Shown: piece by piece, positions 54,104-64,000 of the stretch | Layout of the letters: each line of letters starts with the position of its first letter | How positions within the stretch are numbered: position 1 is the first letter of the stretch | Assembly (NCBI GenBank): GCA_965206595.1 | Contig: OZ242214.1 | Coordinates: 224,001 to 288,000 of the forward strand | Direction: 5' to 3' | DNA length: 64,000 bases | DNA from: Candidatus Latescibacterota bacterium | GTDB lineage: Bacteria > Latescibacterota > UBA2968 > UBA8231 | Translations under genes and position numbers: made by a program | Notes under the pieces: model-generated | Told to the model about the DNA's origin: nothing | Databases searched by the model: none | The model's input: only the letters and a program-made list of their open reading frames with translations

Positions 54104-55390
54104 ATGAGCTACTTCCGGTTGGAAGAGCGGAACACGAACGTGCGGACCGAGGTGCTGGCCGGATGCACCACGTTCCTGACCATGTGCTACATCATCTTCG
54201 TGAACCCGCTGGTGTTGGCCGGAACGGGGATGGACACCGGGGCCGTGCTGGTGGCGACCTGTCTCGCCGCGGCCTTCGGGTCCGCGGTCATGGGCCTGTA
54301 CGCCAACTACCCGATCGCGCTGGCCCCGGGGATGGGGCTGAACGCCTACTTCGCCGCGGTCGCGGTGGGCACCCTGGGCCTGTCCTGGCAGGCCGCGCTC
54401 GGAGCGGTGTTCTGTTCCGGGGTCCTGATGCTCGTCCTGTCCGTGCTCCCGGTGCGCGAGTGGGTCGTCAACAGCATTCCGCGCTCGCAGAAGATGGCCA
54501 TCGCCGCGGGGATCGGGTTCTTCCTCGTCATCATCGGGCTCCGCAACGCCGGGGTTGTGGTGGCCAACGAAGCCACGCTGGTCGGCCTGGGCAACCTGGC
54601 TCAGTGGACGGTGGCGCTGGCCGCCCTCGGATTCATGGGCATCGTCGCGCTCGAGCACCGGAAGATTCCCGGCGCGGTCGTGATCTGCATTCTAACGGCA
54701 GCGGCGGCGGGTTGGCTCGGGGGGCTGTCGCCGGCGCCCGGATCCGTGGCCGCAGCACCCCCTTCCCTGGCACCCTTAGCGCTGCAGCTGGACATCGCCG
54801 GGGCGTTGGAGCTGGGCCTGCTTGCGATCGTGTTCGCCTTCCTGATGGTGGACCTTTTCGACACCAGCGGCACCCTGGTCGCCGTGCTCAACGAGGCGGG
54901 ACTGACCGACAGCGCCGGGCGGGTTCCCGGGCTGCGCCGGGCCCTCGTGGCCGACAGCTCCGCCACCATGGTGGGTGCTTTGCTCGGTACCTCGACCACG
55001 ACGTCCTATATCGAGAGCGCCGCGGGGGTGCGGGCGGGAGGCCGGACCGGGCTCACCGCCCTGGTAGTGGCGGGTCTGTTCCTGGTTGCGCTGTTGTTCG
55101 CCCCGGTAGCGACCGCGATCCCGGGATACGCTACCGCCCCGGCGATCATTTTCGTCGGGTGCGTCATGGCGCGGGCCCTGCGCCACGTGGAATGGGACGA
55201 CCTGACCGAGGCCGTGCCCGCCATAGTGACCGCGATCGCGATGCCGTTCACCTATTCGATCGCCACCGGGATCGGCCTCGGGTTCATCTCCTACGCGGTC
55301 ATCAAGCTGCTGGTCGGACGCCGCCGTGACCTGAACCTGGCGGTGGTTACGGTGGCGGTGCTGTTCGCGATCCGGTTTGCGGTGAGTTAG
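54104..55390 (+). CDS. NCS2-family purine permease (AzgA-like)
   Basis: TEVLAG.TTFLTM.YIIFVNP, APGMGLNAYF, DLFDTSGTL, YIESAAG...GGRTGL, PFTYSIA.GI. Confidence 0.93.
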   Translation: MSYFRLEERNTNVRTEVLAGCTTFLTMCYIIFVNPLVLAGTGMDTGAVLVATCLAAAFGSAVMGLYANYPIALAPGMGLNAYFAAVAVGTLGLSWQAALGAVFCSGVLMLVLSVLPVREWVVNSIPRSQKMAIAAGIGFFLVIIGLRNAGVVVANEATLVGLGNLAQWTVALAALGFMGIVALEHRKIPGAVVICILTAAAAGWLGGLSPAPGSVAAAPPSLAPLALQLDIAGALELGLLAIVFAFLMVDLFDTSGTLVAVLNEAGLTDSAGRVPGLRRALVADSSATMVGALLGTSTTTSYIESAAGVRAGGRTGLTALVVAGLFLVALLFAPVATAIPGYATAPAIIFVGCVMARALRHVEWDDLTEAVPAIVTAIAMPFTYSIATGIGLGFISYAVIKLLVGRRRDLNLAVVTVAVLFAIRFAVS

Positions 55391-55567
55391 GGATCTGGGC
55401 GGGTAAAAAGCGTACAAACGCGGGCGCCGAATTCACGCGAAATTGCGTGCGCAGGCCAGCAGAGTTCATCGGCGAAGCATCCGGCGCATCTTCAGGGAGT
55501 TGCGCCACTACAATCCGCTTTCAGCCGGAGCGGACCGTTCCGGGAGCGTATCCAGGCTCGAGTTCCC

Positions 55568-56036
55568 CTAATACGAGATGTGACCTTCCATCTCCTGCCA
55601 TTCCCGGAAAACCGCTGACGCCTGCTCGGGAAGCAACTGCCGGGAGGGGATTCGGCGCTCCGCCCCCGGCAGTTGCAGTTCTCTGGTATATGAGCTCGTC
55701 GTCGAAGCCCAGCTCCCTGGCGGCCTCAGCGGTATTCCCGAAATAGATCTTCTCGATCCTCGCCCAGTAAATGGCGGCGAGGCACATGGGGCAGGGTTCG
55801 CAGCTGGTGTAGATTTCGCATCCCTCGAGGTGGAAGTCGCCGAGCCTCGAGGCCGCCCTTCTGATGGCCATGATCTCCGCGTGGGCGGTGGGGTCGTTGC
55901 CGGTGATTACGTCGTTGTATCCCTCTGAAACGATTGCACCGCCCTTGACGATGACCGCGCCGAACGGTCCGCCTTCCCCGGCCCTCATGTGAATTCGCGA
56001 GAGCTCTATGGCCCTGCCCATGAATTCCTGCTGCAT
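55568..56036 (-). pseudogene. guaD: Guanine deaminase (cytidine-deaminase fold), +1 frameshift near 55685
   Basis: GGPFGAVI, NDPTAHAE, YTSCEPCPMC, GFDD. The expected tail ELQLPGAERRIP...VFREW...Y* is in the shifted frame. Confidence 0.82.
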
Positions 56037-56062
56037 CCCTGTGCCTTCCTCCCTGTCCAGCC

Positions 56063-58177
56063 TCACTCATCGCGGAGGCATCCGTTCACCTTGTGATTCG
56101 GATCGTCCGGCAGGCCGTCGTACTCGAGAACGGCTTCGGCGCCGCCGAAAAGGGCCGTGATGGTTCCCCCGTTCAGGTGTATGGAACCCTGGGGAGCCGA
56201 TATGCCGTTTCTGTCCCGATCGTTTCTGGTAATGCGGTATTCAAAGATTAGCCTGTCGGTGCCCGATCCGTTCTTGTAGCCCGCCCTCTTAAATACATTG
56301 CAGTAGAATTCGAGCCTCAGGTAGGGTGTGCCCGTTAGCGTAACCGGAGTGTCGAATGACACCTCTACTTCTATAGTTTCATCCCGGCCATAGGTGGTGC
56401 CTCTGTCGGGAGTGGAAGTTATCTGGAGCCCCTGGATCGCTGGTGTTGTCGATTGCTCCAGGACCACCTCGGCGCTGGCAGGCGTCCCCGAAGAAACGTT
56501 CGCCGGGAGATCACCAAAGTTCAACTGGACCTCTTCGGCACCTTCGTCCTGGTCGCTGTCCTCCATGGCCATCAAGGTGAAGGTCTGCATGCTATCATCC
56601 GGTGCGAAGGTGATACTTGACGGCACACCTGAGTAGTCGTCAGGACCCGCCCCATCTTTCTCTTCCACAGTAATGGGAACCGTGATCGGCAAAGCACCTG
56701 CCCGGGGATCCAGATACACCGCAATCTCGATCCCGGAGGGATCCCCCTCCATGGTGGTGTACTGCGATGCCCCGAAGGAAACGGTGCGTTCAACCCGTTC
56801 GGTTTGTACCGTGGATGACCAGGCTCCGCTGCCTTCGCTGTTTCTGGCACGCACCTGAATCTCGTAGGCATCTTCGGTCAGATCCTCCATGGTGACCGGC
56901 GTCTCCGTCAGATCGGTGTCCGTCACCTCGGTCCAGGAGTCTGCTCCGTCCGGGCGGTAGCGGTAGTCGTAACCGGTAACCTCGAAGCCTGCCGGGAATT
57001 CCACCAGGCTCCCGTTTTCGCTGAAACCGACGGATGCGGTCCAGTTGACGTCTATCTTCGAGTCGTCGGAGTCCTGAAATCCAGCTTCTATTTCTTCAGG
57101 TGGAGCCGGGACCCCCACGTCCTTTACCCGGATGGTCAGGTCGATAACCGATCCACTGCACCCTGTCGGACTTCCTTCGCCTCCCAGGCGATGGATGTTG
57201 TGGGTGTTCACGACGCGGATTTGGTACTCGTTGTCCTCGTTGCCGTCGTGGGGCATTTCATAGTCGGGGACCGTCTTGAACGTCAGCGTCACCGTTCCCG
57301 ATGTCGCCCTCTCTTCCGAATCCAGAGAAACCAGTGCATTGTCGAAACCGCCGTCCGGAAGGGTGTATGGGTCGTAGACGGTGGCGATCTCACAGCGGAT
57401 GGAGGGCGGCGACCAGTTCTCCAACCTCCACTGTCGAGGCTCTGCGGTAACCGCCGTCCAGGTGGGCAGTTCCTCGCTCTCCGGCATTGTTGTCCCTTCG
57501 TACATCTCTATGGGAGCAGGGATCTCCCAGCGCTGGTCTTCCTTGTATTCCGCCGGTGCCGAGAACTGGGCCGAGCCATCGTAAACCAGGTGTACGTTGA
57601 AGACCTCCGGATTGCTCTCATCGGTTCCATCGCTTGCGTAGATTGCCGACAGCAAGGTTGGGATGGTGGCGACCTCCCCGTAAACCGAGGTGAACCGGGC
57701 GGGGGTTATATCTCCGTCCGGCTGGAATACAAAGCTGTTGCCTTCCCGCGTGATCCTGAACAGGGCTTCCGCAGGGGTTTGAATTCCCGAAAGACCGGGA
57801 ACCGCGAACCCGAACCGGTAGGAGATGTCGTCTCCGTCCGGGTCCGTCGCCGGCTCTCCCGAAAACTCCAGCTGATCCCCTGGACCCCTCGGGAGCAGAA
57901 GGGTCAGGCCATGCCCTTCCAGGGAACTGTTGAAGGTCGGGGGATGGTTGGACCCGTGGGCCCTTGGTTCTGCGGCGGAACCAGTGTCGGTACCGGAGGA
58001 CGCCGTATTTAAAGCGGAGGATGCTAAAAAACGCGCGGAGTCCGAAGCCGTTGCCACTGCCTTGCCGGCAGGAGGCATTGGATCCGGTTGCGTCGGTTGG
58101 GTCGGCATTGAGTCCTTGCCGCAGGCGACTGCAAGAAACGCAAGCATCAGGCATGGAAGTGCGAATGGTCCTTTCAT
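56063..58177 (-). CDS. Lipoprotein with cadherin-like, FN3, Calx-beta and C-terminal Ig-like domains
   Basis: Lipobox LAVAC; ATDPDGD, PDYE.P.D.N.DN.Y, YEIQVRARNSEG.G.WS, VSFGASQY...EG, Y..GSGTDRL.F.Y. Confidence 0.85.
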   Translation of the reverse strand: MKGPFALPCLMLAFLAVACGKDSMPTQPTQPDPMPPAGKAVATASDSARFLASSALNTASSGTDTGSAAEPRAHGSNHPPTFNSSLEGHGLTLLLPRGPGDQLEFSGEPATDPDGDDISYRFGFAVPGLSGIQTPAEALFRITREGNSFVFQPDGDITPARFTSVYGEVATIPTLLSAIYASDGTDESNPEVFNVHLVYDGSAQFSAPAEYKEDQRWEIPAPIEMYEGTTMPESEELPTWTAVTAEPRQWRLENWSPPSIRCEIATVYDPYTLPDGGFDNALVSLDSEERATSGTVTLTFKTVPDYEMPHDGNEDNEYQIRVVNTHNIHRLGGEGSPTGCSGSVIDLTIRVKDVGVPAPPEEIEAGFQDSDDSKIDVNWTASVGFSENGSLVEFPAGFEVTGYDYRYRPDGADSWTEVTDTDLTETPVTMEDLTEDAYEIQVRARNSEGSGAWSSTVQTERVERTVSFGASQYTTMEGDPSGIEIAVYLDPRAGALPITVPITVEEKDGAGPDDYSGVPSSITFAPDDSMQTFTLMAMEDSDQDEGAEEVQLNFGDLPANVSSGTPASAEVVLEQSTTPAIQGLQITSTPDRGTTYGRDETIEVEVSFDTPVTLTGTPYLRLEFYCNVFKRAGYKNGSGTDRLIFEYRITRNDRDRNGISAPQGSIHLNGGTITALFGGAEAVLEYDGLPDDPNHKVNGCLRDE

Positions 58178-58585
58178 GATGTAGCTCCGTGGTTTCGAGG
58201 TTGAGGAAGGCCAGGGAACTACATACCGCGGGGGAGCCCGGGCCCGAGAGGAAACCGTGCCGGAAAGACCTGACATCCCCCTGTAAAATGACGCGGGCCT
58301 TCCAGGCAACCGGGCCGATCGGGAACCAGTCGCGGTCCAGGATTGTCTTGAGCTCGCCGGCAGCACATCCGTTGTCCGGGCGTCCTTCGCGTATCGATCA
58401 GCCATGAGACAACCTCCCTTTCGGACCTGCTGCCGTTGCCGAGTCCACTCACCTTTCAAACGAATGAAGGGAGGCTATTGTTCCCGTCCTGATGATGATT
58501 GAGTTTCCCCCGGCCCTGGGCAAGGATTGGGGTTGGGCTCAACGGCTGTCGACGTCGAAATGAACAGACAGAAAGGAGCTGAACT

Positions 58586-59779
58586 ATGCGTTTGTTCTCT
58601 CTTTTTCTTATAGGATTGATTCTGGGTTCCTGCGGCAAGGACCCCCTTTCCGAACGAGTGGAAAAACTTGAGGAGCGGATCGGCGAGCTCGAAGCCGAAC
58701 AGGAGGAGGAGCGATCGACCCTGCTCGGCCGGTTGGATCAGGTCGCGGTGACTGCCGACAATGCCGATGAAGTGAATGAAATCAGGGCCAAGCTGGCACA
58801 GACGGATATTTCACGCGCAGAATTCGACAGACTGCGAGACCGGGTCCTGTCCCTGGAGCGCCGGATCGGGGACTGGAGCCAGGTCGTCAATGCCATGCAG
58901 CGCTCGGTTTACGCGGTGATTCACGCCGTGTTCGTTTCCCAGGATGACGTAATTTTCACCTTTGTCGGCACCGGCTTCGCCGTAACCAGGGGAACTTTGG
59001 TTACCAACGGCCATATCATCGACGCACTTGTCCGACTGGACGATCAATTCCAGGATTTCAATCAGAGATTCGGTACTGGCCTGCAGGCCTATTGGATGGT
59101 CGTGCAGAATCTCACTCCCTCCCTCGTATACAGGTGGAACTATTTCTTTATCGACGAGTTCAGTACACACCCGCAGTGGAATCCCCTCGATCTCAGCTCC
59201 CCCGATGTAGGTAGGGTGCAGGTTCTCGAGGGGTCAATGCCGCGCACGATTCCTTTGGTTACGGTCTCCGAGGCTCTGAGGTTGAGGGTAGGTACCCGCG
59301 TGGCGACACTCGGTTTTCCCGGCGAGCTTCAGGGAGGCGACCTCGATCACCTGTATCCCATCGCGACGTTCAAGGACGGCACGGTCAGCGCCGTGCGTCC
59401 TCCCTTTCAGGGGGAACGCTACAGCCCGCGGGATACGTATGTCGTTCAGCACAACCTCGATCTGTCGGGAGGCACCAGCGGCAGCCCCATCTTCGACGCA
59501 TCGGGGAAGGTTCTGGCGATCAACAACGCCGGCATCGCCAACGTGGTCCTCACGTTGGGGGGAGCACCTGCCCGCATTTCACAGGCTGCCCCGGGGTTCG
59601 GTATTCGCGCCGACAAGATCCACGAGCTGCTCAACGAAGCGGGCATCGCAGCCAAGCCGGTGGCAACTATTGACAGTCCCGGCATATCCGCGGTGCTGGA
59701 TGGAAGGGAGATGAGCTCTTTCGAGATAGGTACCGTGGATGACGACCTGACGGAACGCCTCACCCAGGCGGCATTTTGA
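58586..59779 (+). CDS. Lipoprotein trypsin-like serine protease with an N-terminal coiled coil
   Basis: Lipobox LGSC; GTGF, TNGH, PDVG, LGFPG, GGTSGSP catalytic triad motifs. Confidence 0.88.
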   Translation: MRLFSLFLIGLILGSCGKDPLSERVEKLEERIGELEAEQEEERSTLLGRLDQVAVTADNADEVNEIRAKLAQTDISRAEFDRLRDRVLSLERRIGDWSQVVNAMQRSVYAVIHAVFVSQDDVIFTFVGTGFAVTRGTLVTNGHIIDALVRLDDQFQDFNQRFGTGLQAYWMVVQNLTPSLVYRWNYFFIDEFSTHPQWNPLDLSSPDVGRVQVLEGSMPRTIPLVTVSEALRLRVGTRVATLGFPGELQGGDLDHLYPIATFKDGTVSAVRPPFQGERYSPRDTYVVQHNLDLSGGTSGSPIFDASGKVLAINNAGIANVVLTLGGAPARISQAAPGFGIRADKIHELLNEAGIAAKPVATIDSPGISAVLDGREMSSFEIGTVDDDLTERLTQAAF

Positions 59780-59811
59780 CGCAAGCGCTCCGTCACCGCG
59801 CAGGGGGTCGG

Positions 59812-60669
59812 TCAGCGCGGTTCCCCGGGCCCGCCGCCGTGCCGGGTCTCGTTCTCCCAGCGCCGGTACATCTCGGGCCGGCGGTAATGGCGGAAGAACA
59901 TGGTCGTGTCCCTGCGGCTGTCCCCCAGCGCCGAGGCACTCAGGTCGGCGACGATCATCTCCTCTTCGCTGCCGCTTTGCACCTCGGCGATGACGGCTCC
60001 GAGGGGGTCGCAGATGAAGGTTACCCCCGAAAAGGTGCGGCCCGCCCCGTTGTCGCCGACGTGGTTGCAGATGGCGACGAAGACGTTGTTGTCGTAAGCG
60101 CGGGCGGGGACGTAGCGCATCCAGCGGGCCCGCTTTTGCGCAGGGGTCTCCAGCGGCGAGGCATGGGGCAGGAAGATCACCTCGGCCCCCTTCCCGGCGA
60201 GCAGGGTGCTCAGCTCGGGGAAGTGGGAATCATAGCAGATCTCGATGCCGTAGCGGGCCCTGGGATGGTCGAACACCGGAAGGGCGTCGCCGTGGCGCCA
60301 GGTGCCGATCTCGAGATCGGGGACGTGCGTCTTGCGGTAGTGGCCGGCGTATCCGTCCGGCCCGCAGACGACCTGGGTGTTGTAGACGATGCCGCTGGCG
60401 TCCCGTTCGAGGATACCGGCAAGCAGGGTGATTCCGCAGTGGCGGGAGATCTCCTCGAGCCTGCGCAGGGATTCCCCATGAAGCGGCTCGGGCTCCGGGA
60501 CCGAAGTGTCGCCGGCGTTGTACCCGCACACGCACAGCTCGGGAAAGCAGGCGATGTCGACGTTTTGCGCCGCGGCTTCTTCCGCGAAGCGCTGAATGGT
60601 TGCGAGGTTGCGTTCGTGTTCGGCGACGCGGCTGTTCATCTGCACCGCGGCTATGCGCAGGTCCTGCAT
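59812..60669 (-). CDS. Nitrilase / carbon-nitrogen hydrolase
   Basis: FPEL, YN, YRKTH, ICYD.HFPE, ARAYDN, RRPEMY. Confidence 0.93.
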   Translation of the reverse strand: MQDLRIAAVQMNSRVAEHERNLATIQRFAEEAAAQNVDIACFPELCVCGYNAGDTSVPEPEPLHGESLRRLEEISRHCGITLLAGILERDASGIVYNTQVVCGPDGYAGHYRKTHVPDLEIGTWRHGDALPVFDHPRARYGIEICYDSHFPELSTLLAGKGAEVIFLPHASPLETPAQKRARWMRYVPARAYDNNVFVAICNHVGDNGAGRTFSGVTFICDPLGAVIAEVQSGSEEEMIVADLSASALGDSRRDTTMFFRHYRRPEMYRRWENETRHGGGPGEPR

Positions 60670-60693
60670 CGGATCGGTCCTCCTATTTGGTGG

Positions 60694-61101
60694 TCAGCGG
60701 GCGGGCCAAAGCTCGAGCGGCGTCCACTTCGCCATGTGGTTGAAGTCGAGGTCGGTCGCCAGCATGACCAGTTTGTAGCGAATACAGATCTGGGCGAGAA
60801 GCGCGTCGATGGTTCCGATCTGAATGCCGTGCCGGCGGCACTTGTTGCGCAAGGCGGCTGCGTCGATGTAGTCGTCACGGGCGGGGGAAATCATGGCGAG
60901 CGCCTCGAACCGTTTGATGATCCCCGTCCTGGCTCGCGGTCCTGAAAAGCCCTGCAACAACTCCTGCAAGACGATCCCGGTCGTGTAAATCGGTTCGCCG
61001 CTGCCGAGCCCCTCCCGCAGGCGCTGCACCTCCGCTCCTTCCGGTGCCGTATCCCGTCTCAAGGCCAGCGACCAGACGCTCGTGTCCACAAACAGCGTCA
61101 C
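60694..61101 (-). CDS. vapC: VapC PIN-domain toxin
   Basis: VDTSVW, QELLQG, TIDALLA, TD.DF. GTGA overlap with the antitoxin. Confidence 0.92.
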   Translation of the reverse strand: MTLFVDTSVWSLALRRDTAPEGAEVQRLREGLGSGEPIYTTGIVLQELLQGFSGPRARTGIIKRFEALAMISPARDDYIDAAALRNKCRRHGIQIGTIDALLAQICIRYKLVMLATDLDFNHMAKWTPLELWPAR

Positions 61102-61298
61102 CCGCGGCTCCGTTCGCGTTTGTAGTCGAAGCCCTCGTCCCAGTCGAGTTTTCCAAAAAGATCCAGGAGCCGTTCCTGCTCCCGGCGTGCGATGAACTCC
61201 CGCAAGGCGCGGTTGACAGTCGCCTTCTTCGTCTTCTCGCCGCCGATCTCCAACGCCTTTTCGAGCAGCATCGGGTCTATCGCCAGGTTTGTCGCCAT
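61098..61298 (-). CDS. vapB: VapB antitoxin
   Basis: MATNLAID..LL..A...GG.KTKKATVN.AL.EFI. Confidence 0.9.
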   Translation of the reverse strand: MATNLAIDPMLLEKALEIGGEKTKKATVNRALREFIARREQERLLDLFGKLDWDEGFDYKRERSRG

Positions 61299-61540
61299 TG
61301 TGTTACCTCCAACACATGAAATTACACATAACTAATACCAGACCGGTTACGCGGACAAGTGCGCGGCGCACTCGGACAGAGGTTGCCGGTCCGGGCATGA
61401 ACCTTTTTTTGCCGCGGTCATGCCTGTCCCGGCCTCGAAGGGCGGGCTCCCCCCGAAGGTGCCTTTTTGCGAGAGGCAGCAGGGACGGCCCATGGTACAT
61501 GATCGGGCACGCCCTATTTTCTGGTTTTCCGGAGAAAGCC

Positions 61541-62332
61541 ATGACCACTTCCAGCACTATCCGGCAGCAATACCTGACGGACGGTTTCTTCCTTGCCGCG
61601 GAACCCGTCCTTCCTCCCGACGTCGTGCAGGCCGCTGTCGCCGGCATGGACGCGGTGCGCGAGGGCCGCTACGACGCGGGACAGCCTCCCCGGCAGTCGC
61701 GCTGGAATCCCGGCGACGACCCAAACGAGCTGTGCAAGATCGAGCTGCCGCAGCAGGCCGACCTCGGCATCCGGGCCCTGGTAAGCCACCCGGACCTCGG
61801 CCGATGGGCCGCCCGGGTTACCGGCGCCCGCATGGTGCAGGTCTGGTGGACGCAGCTGCTGTACAAACCGCCTCAACCCGGGGAAGGGCAGGCGGAGCTC
61901 AACATCGGGTGGCACCAGGACCGCCACTACTGGCAGACCTGGGAGGAGGGCAGCGAGCTGTTCACCGCCTGGGTGGCCTTGAGCGACGTGACCGCTGATT
62001 CAGGCCCCATGCGATTTGTGCGGGGTTCCCACCAGTGGGGCCTGCTGGACGACGGCGGTTTCTTCCGCCAGGACCTCGACGACCAGGCCGCCGCCATTCC
62101 CGTGCCTGCCGGCCAGTCCTGGGAGGAAGTGCCCGCCCTTCTTCCCCCGGGGGGCGCCAGCTTCCACCACTGCCTCACCTTCCACGGCAGCGGTCCCAAC
62201 CGCTCGGCAGGTCCCCGTCGCAGTCTGGCCATCCACATGCGCACGGAAAAGTCAGCCCCGGCAGGGGACCGCCGCGAGGGCCTGACCGCGTTTCTGGACG
62301 ATCCCGAGCGCAACCCCGTCATCTACCGGTAA
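61541..62332 (+). CDS. PhyH-family dioxygenase (canonical HxD)
   Basis: YKPP, IGWHQD, TAWVALSD, GPMRFVRGSH, HGSGPN.S..PRR. Confidence 0.92.
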   Translation: MTTSSTIRQQYLTDGFFLAAEPVLPPDVVQAAVAGMDAVREGRYDAGQPPRQSRWNPGDDPNELCKIELPQQADLGIRALVSHPDLGRWAARVTGARMVQVWWTQLLYKPPQPGEGQAELNIGWHQDRHYWQTWEEGSELFTAWVALSDVTADSGPMRFVRGSHQWGLLDDGGFFRQDLDDQAAAIPVPAGQSWEEVPALLPPGGASFHHCLTFHGSGPNRSAGPRRSLAIHMRTEKSAPAGDRREGLTAFLDDPERNPVIYR

Positions 62333-62338
62333 TAGTCC

Positions 62339-63085
62339 ATGGACCCCATGCTGGAAAAGCTGGGTCTGGAGCCGATCACCCTGCCCCGGCGCCACCTGGA
62401 GGAACTGGACCGGAAGGGGTTCACCATTCTGCCCGGTATCGTCGACCCGGCCTGGCGCGACGAGCTGGCCAGGGCTTTCGACCGCCTGTCCGAGGAGGAA
62501 GGGGACCGGGCCGGCAGCGAAGTGGGGCTGGCCCCCGGAGTGCGCCGCCTCGCCGACCTGGTGAACAAGGGGGAGGTGTTCGACCCCATCTATCTCCACC
62601 CGGCGCTGATGCGGGCCGTCTGGCACGTCCTGAAGCGCCCCTTCAAGCTGCACTCGCTCAATGGGCACGACCCTCTGCCGGGCCAGGGACAGCAGCACTT
62701 GCACACGGACTGGGGCGGCGAGCGCACCGCCTTTCACGTGGTCAATTCCATGTGGATGCTCGACGAATTCACCGCCGACAACGGCGCCACCCGCGTGGTG
62801 CCGGGATCCCATCTGCTGCCCGAAAAGATCGATGCCTGCGTCGAGGACCGGACGGCTCCCCGGGAGGGCGAAGTCCAGCTGATCGCCCCGGCCGGTTCAG
62901 TGGGCATCTTCAACGGCAGCTTGTGGCACGGCTGCAGCCACAACCGGACGACCGCCAGGCGGCGCACCCTGCACTGCGCATTCATCGGCCGCGAGCACCC
63001 GCAGCAGACCGACCAGAAGAAGTACCTGCGCCCGGAGACCGCCCGGCGCCTGAGTCCGTTGGCCCGCTACGTGCTTGATGTATGA
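62339..63085 (+). CDS. PhyH-family dioxygenase (canonical HxD)
   Basis: QHLHTDW, FTADNGATRVVPGSH, PAGSV.IFNG.LWHG...N.T..RR. Confidence 0.92.
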   Translation: MDPMLEKLGLEPITLPRRHLEELDRKGFTILPGIVDPAWRDELARAFDRLSEEEGDRAGSEVGLAPGVRRLADLVNKGEVFDPIYLHPALMRAVWHVLKRPFKLHSLNGHDPLPGQGQQHLHTDWGGERTAFHVVNSMWMLDEFTADNGATRVVPGSHLLPEKIDACVEDRTAPREGEVQLIAPAGSVGIFNGSLWHGCSHNRTTARRRTLHCAFIGREHPQQTDQKKYLRPETARRLSPLARYVLDV

Positions 63086-63099
63086 GCCTGTTTTTCACC

Positions 63100-64000
63100 C
63101 TACACAGACAAACGCGCCCAGCGCGCCTCCATGCAGGCGTCGTCGCCAGCGTAGTAGACGACCATGACGTCGCCGTCCGGCAGGGCCGCGGAAAAAGGCA
63201 GCCCGAAACTCCACAGGCCCATTTCCGCCAGCAGGTCGCCGGTGTCCCCCTGGCCGGCAGCGGTCTGGTTGCCGCCCCCGGTCTGGCGGTACAGCTCGAC
63301 CTCGGTGGCCGCGTCGAAAGGGGCGTCGGCGGCCGCTGCCAGGCGGGCGCGGATCGAGCGCGACCCGAAGCGGTCGACCCAGGCCAGGACCGCGCGGCCG
63401 TCGGGCAGGATGGCCGGATGCGCCGCCTGGTCGGCGAAACCGAGATCCTCGGGGGCGGACCAGGTGGCTCCCTCGTCCGTGCTCAGGCGCCGCTGGATAT
63501 TGAGGTAGCGGGTCGTCTGCCGGTCGTAGATCCAGGTGAAGGTGGCCAGGCGGCCGTCCGGGAAGACGCCGGCGCGCTGGTCCCAGTGGAAGATGCGGCC
63601 GGCAGGGTCCTGGCAGGTGGTGACCGGATCGCTCCAGGTCAGGCCCTGGTCTTCGGAGTACAGATACACCACCCGCTGCAGCCAGGGACCGCGGTCCCGG
63701 TAGGTCTTGTTGGTCTCGATGCTCAGGGCCAGGCGGCCGCTCGGCAGAACGAGCACGGGGTTGGTGAGACTGGGGGGGCCGACATCCGCGGGGATCGGCA
63801 CGGGGCGCCATTCGGACCAGGTGCGCCCCAGGTCGTGGGAATCGGCCAGGAGAATCTCCATCGGCAGGCAACCCTCGGTCTCCTCGTTGAAGAGGGGTTG
63901 CCCCGGATAGGTCTGGCGGTCGACCCACATGGCGGCAAGCAACAGGCTGCCGTTCCCCAGGTCGGTGATGTAGCCGACCCGGAGCGAGCCGTCCATCCCG
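63100..64000 (-). CDS. Sialidase-like / BNR Asp-box protein, 5'-partial
   Basis: Asp-boxes SHDLGRTW, SEDQGLTW, STDEGATW; FGLP near the C-terminus. Runs off the window. Confidence 0.85.
   Translation of the reverse strand, partial: GMDGSLRVGYITDLGNGSLLLAAMWVDRQTYPGQPLFNEETEGCLPMEILLADSHDLGRTWSEWRPVPIPADVGPPSLTNPVLVLPSGRLALSIETNKTYRDRGPWLQRVVYLYSEDQGLTWSDPVTTCQDPAGRIFHWDQRAGVFPDGRLATFTWIYDRQTTRYLNIQRRLSTDEGATWSAPEDLGFADQAAHPAILPDGRAVLAWVDRFGSRSIRARLAAAADAPFDAATEVELYRQTGGGNQTAAGQGDTGDLLAEMGLWSFGLPFSAALPDGDVMVVYYAGDDACMEARWARLSV

Noticed and set aside
60694-61298. vapBC as a novel defence system
   Set aside because: An ordinary type II toxin-antitoxin pair with no associated unusual genes.

Overview
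Bacterial, GC-rich window. The gene content points to a Latescibacterota/Poribacteria-type marine or sponge-associated bacterium (inference): many PhyH-family dioxygenases, BNR/sialidase-like proteins, a TRAP transporter, FN3/cadherin giant proteins, and FlgD-type and 'TSWGxVK' C-termini. In order: (1) 1-4.9 kb, a TPR protein, exbB, exbD and a TonB-anchor/DUF4159 gene. (2) 5-8.7 kb, a decayed patch with ISL3 and IS3 remnants and PhyH and NHL pseudogenes. (3) 9-28 kb, catabolic genes (PLP enzymes, AKR, enolase, M19 dipeptidase, EamA, three PhyH-like proteins with H-G-G in place of H-x-D, BNR hydrolase, Gfo/Idh/MocA, TRAP). (4) 28-52 kb, an exported-protein island: a dead hybrid kinase/regulator, repeated small-gene plus giant-gene pairs, two giant proteins with different heads (Vps62-like, M6 protease) on a near-identical ~2 kb FN3/cadherin stalk, and an apparently intact IS110 whose bridge-RNA guides are readable and match a Shine-Dalgarno target. 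(5) 52-64 kb, yiaK, a phosphoesterase, an NCS2 permease, guanine deaminase, two lipoproteins, a nitrilase, vapBC, two PhyH genes and a BNR protein. Many genes carry single frameshifts or clean deletions, so real decay cannot be separated from read or assembly error. All calls come from motif recognition by eye; no searches were run.
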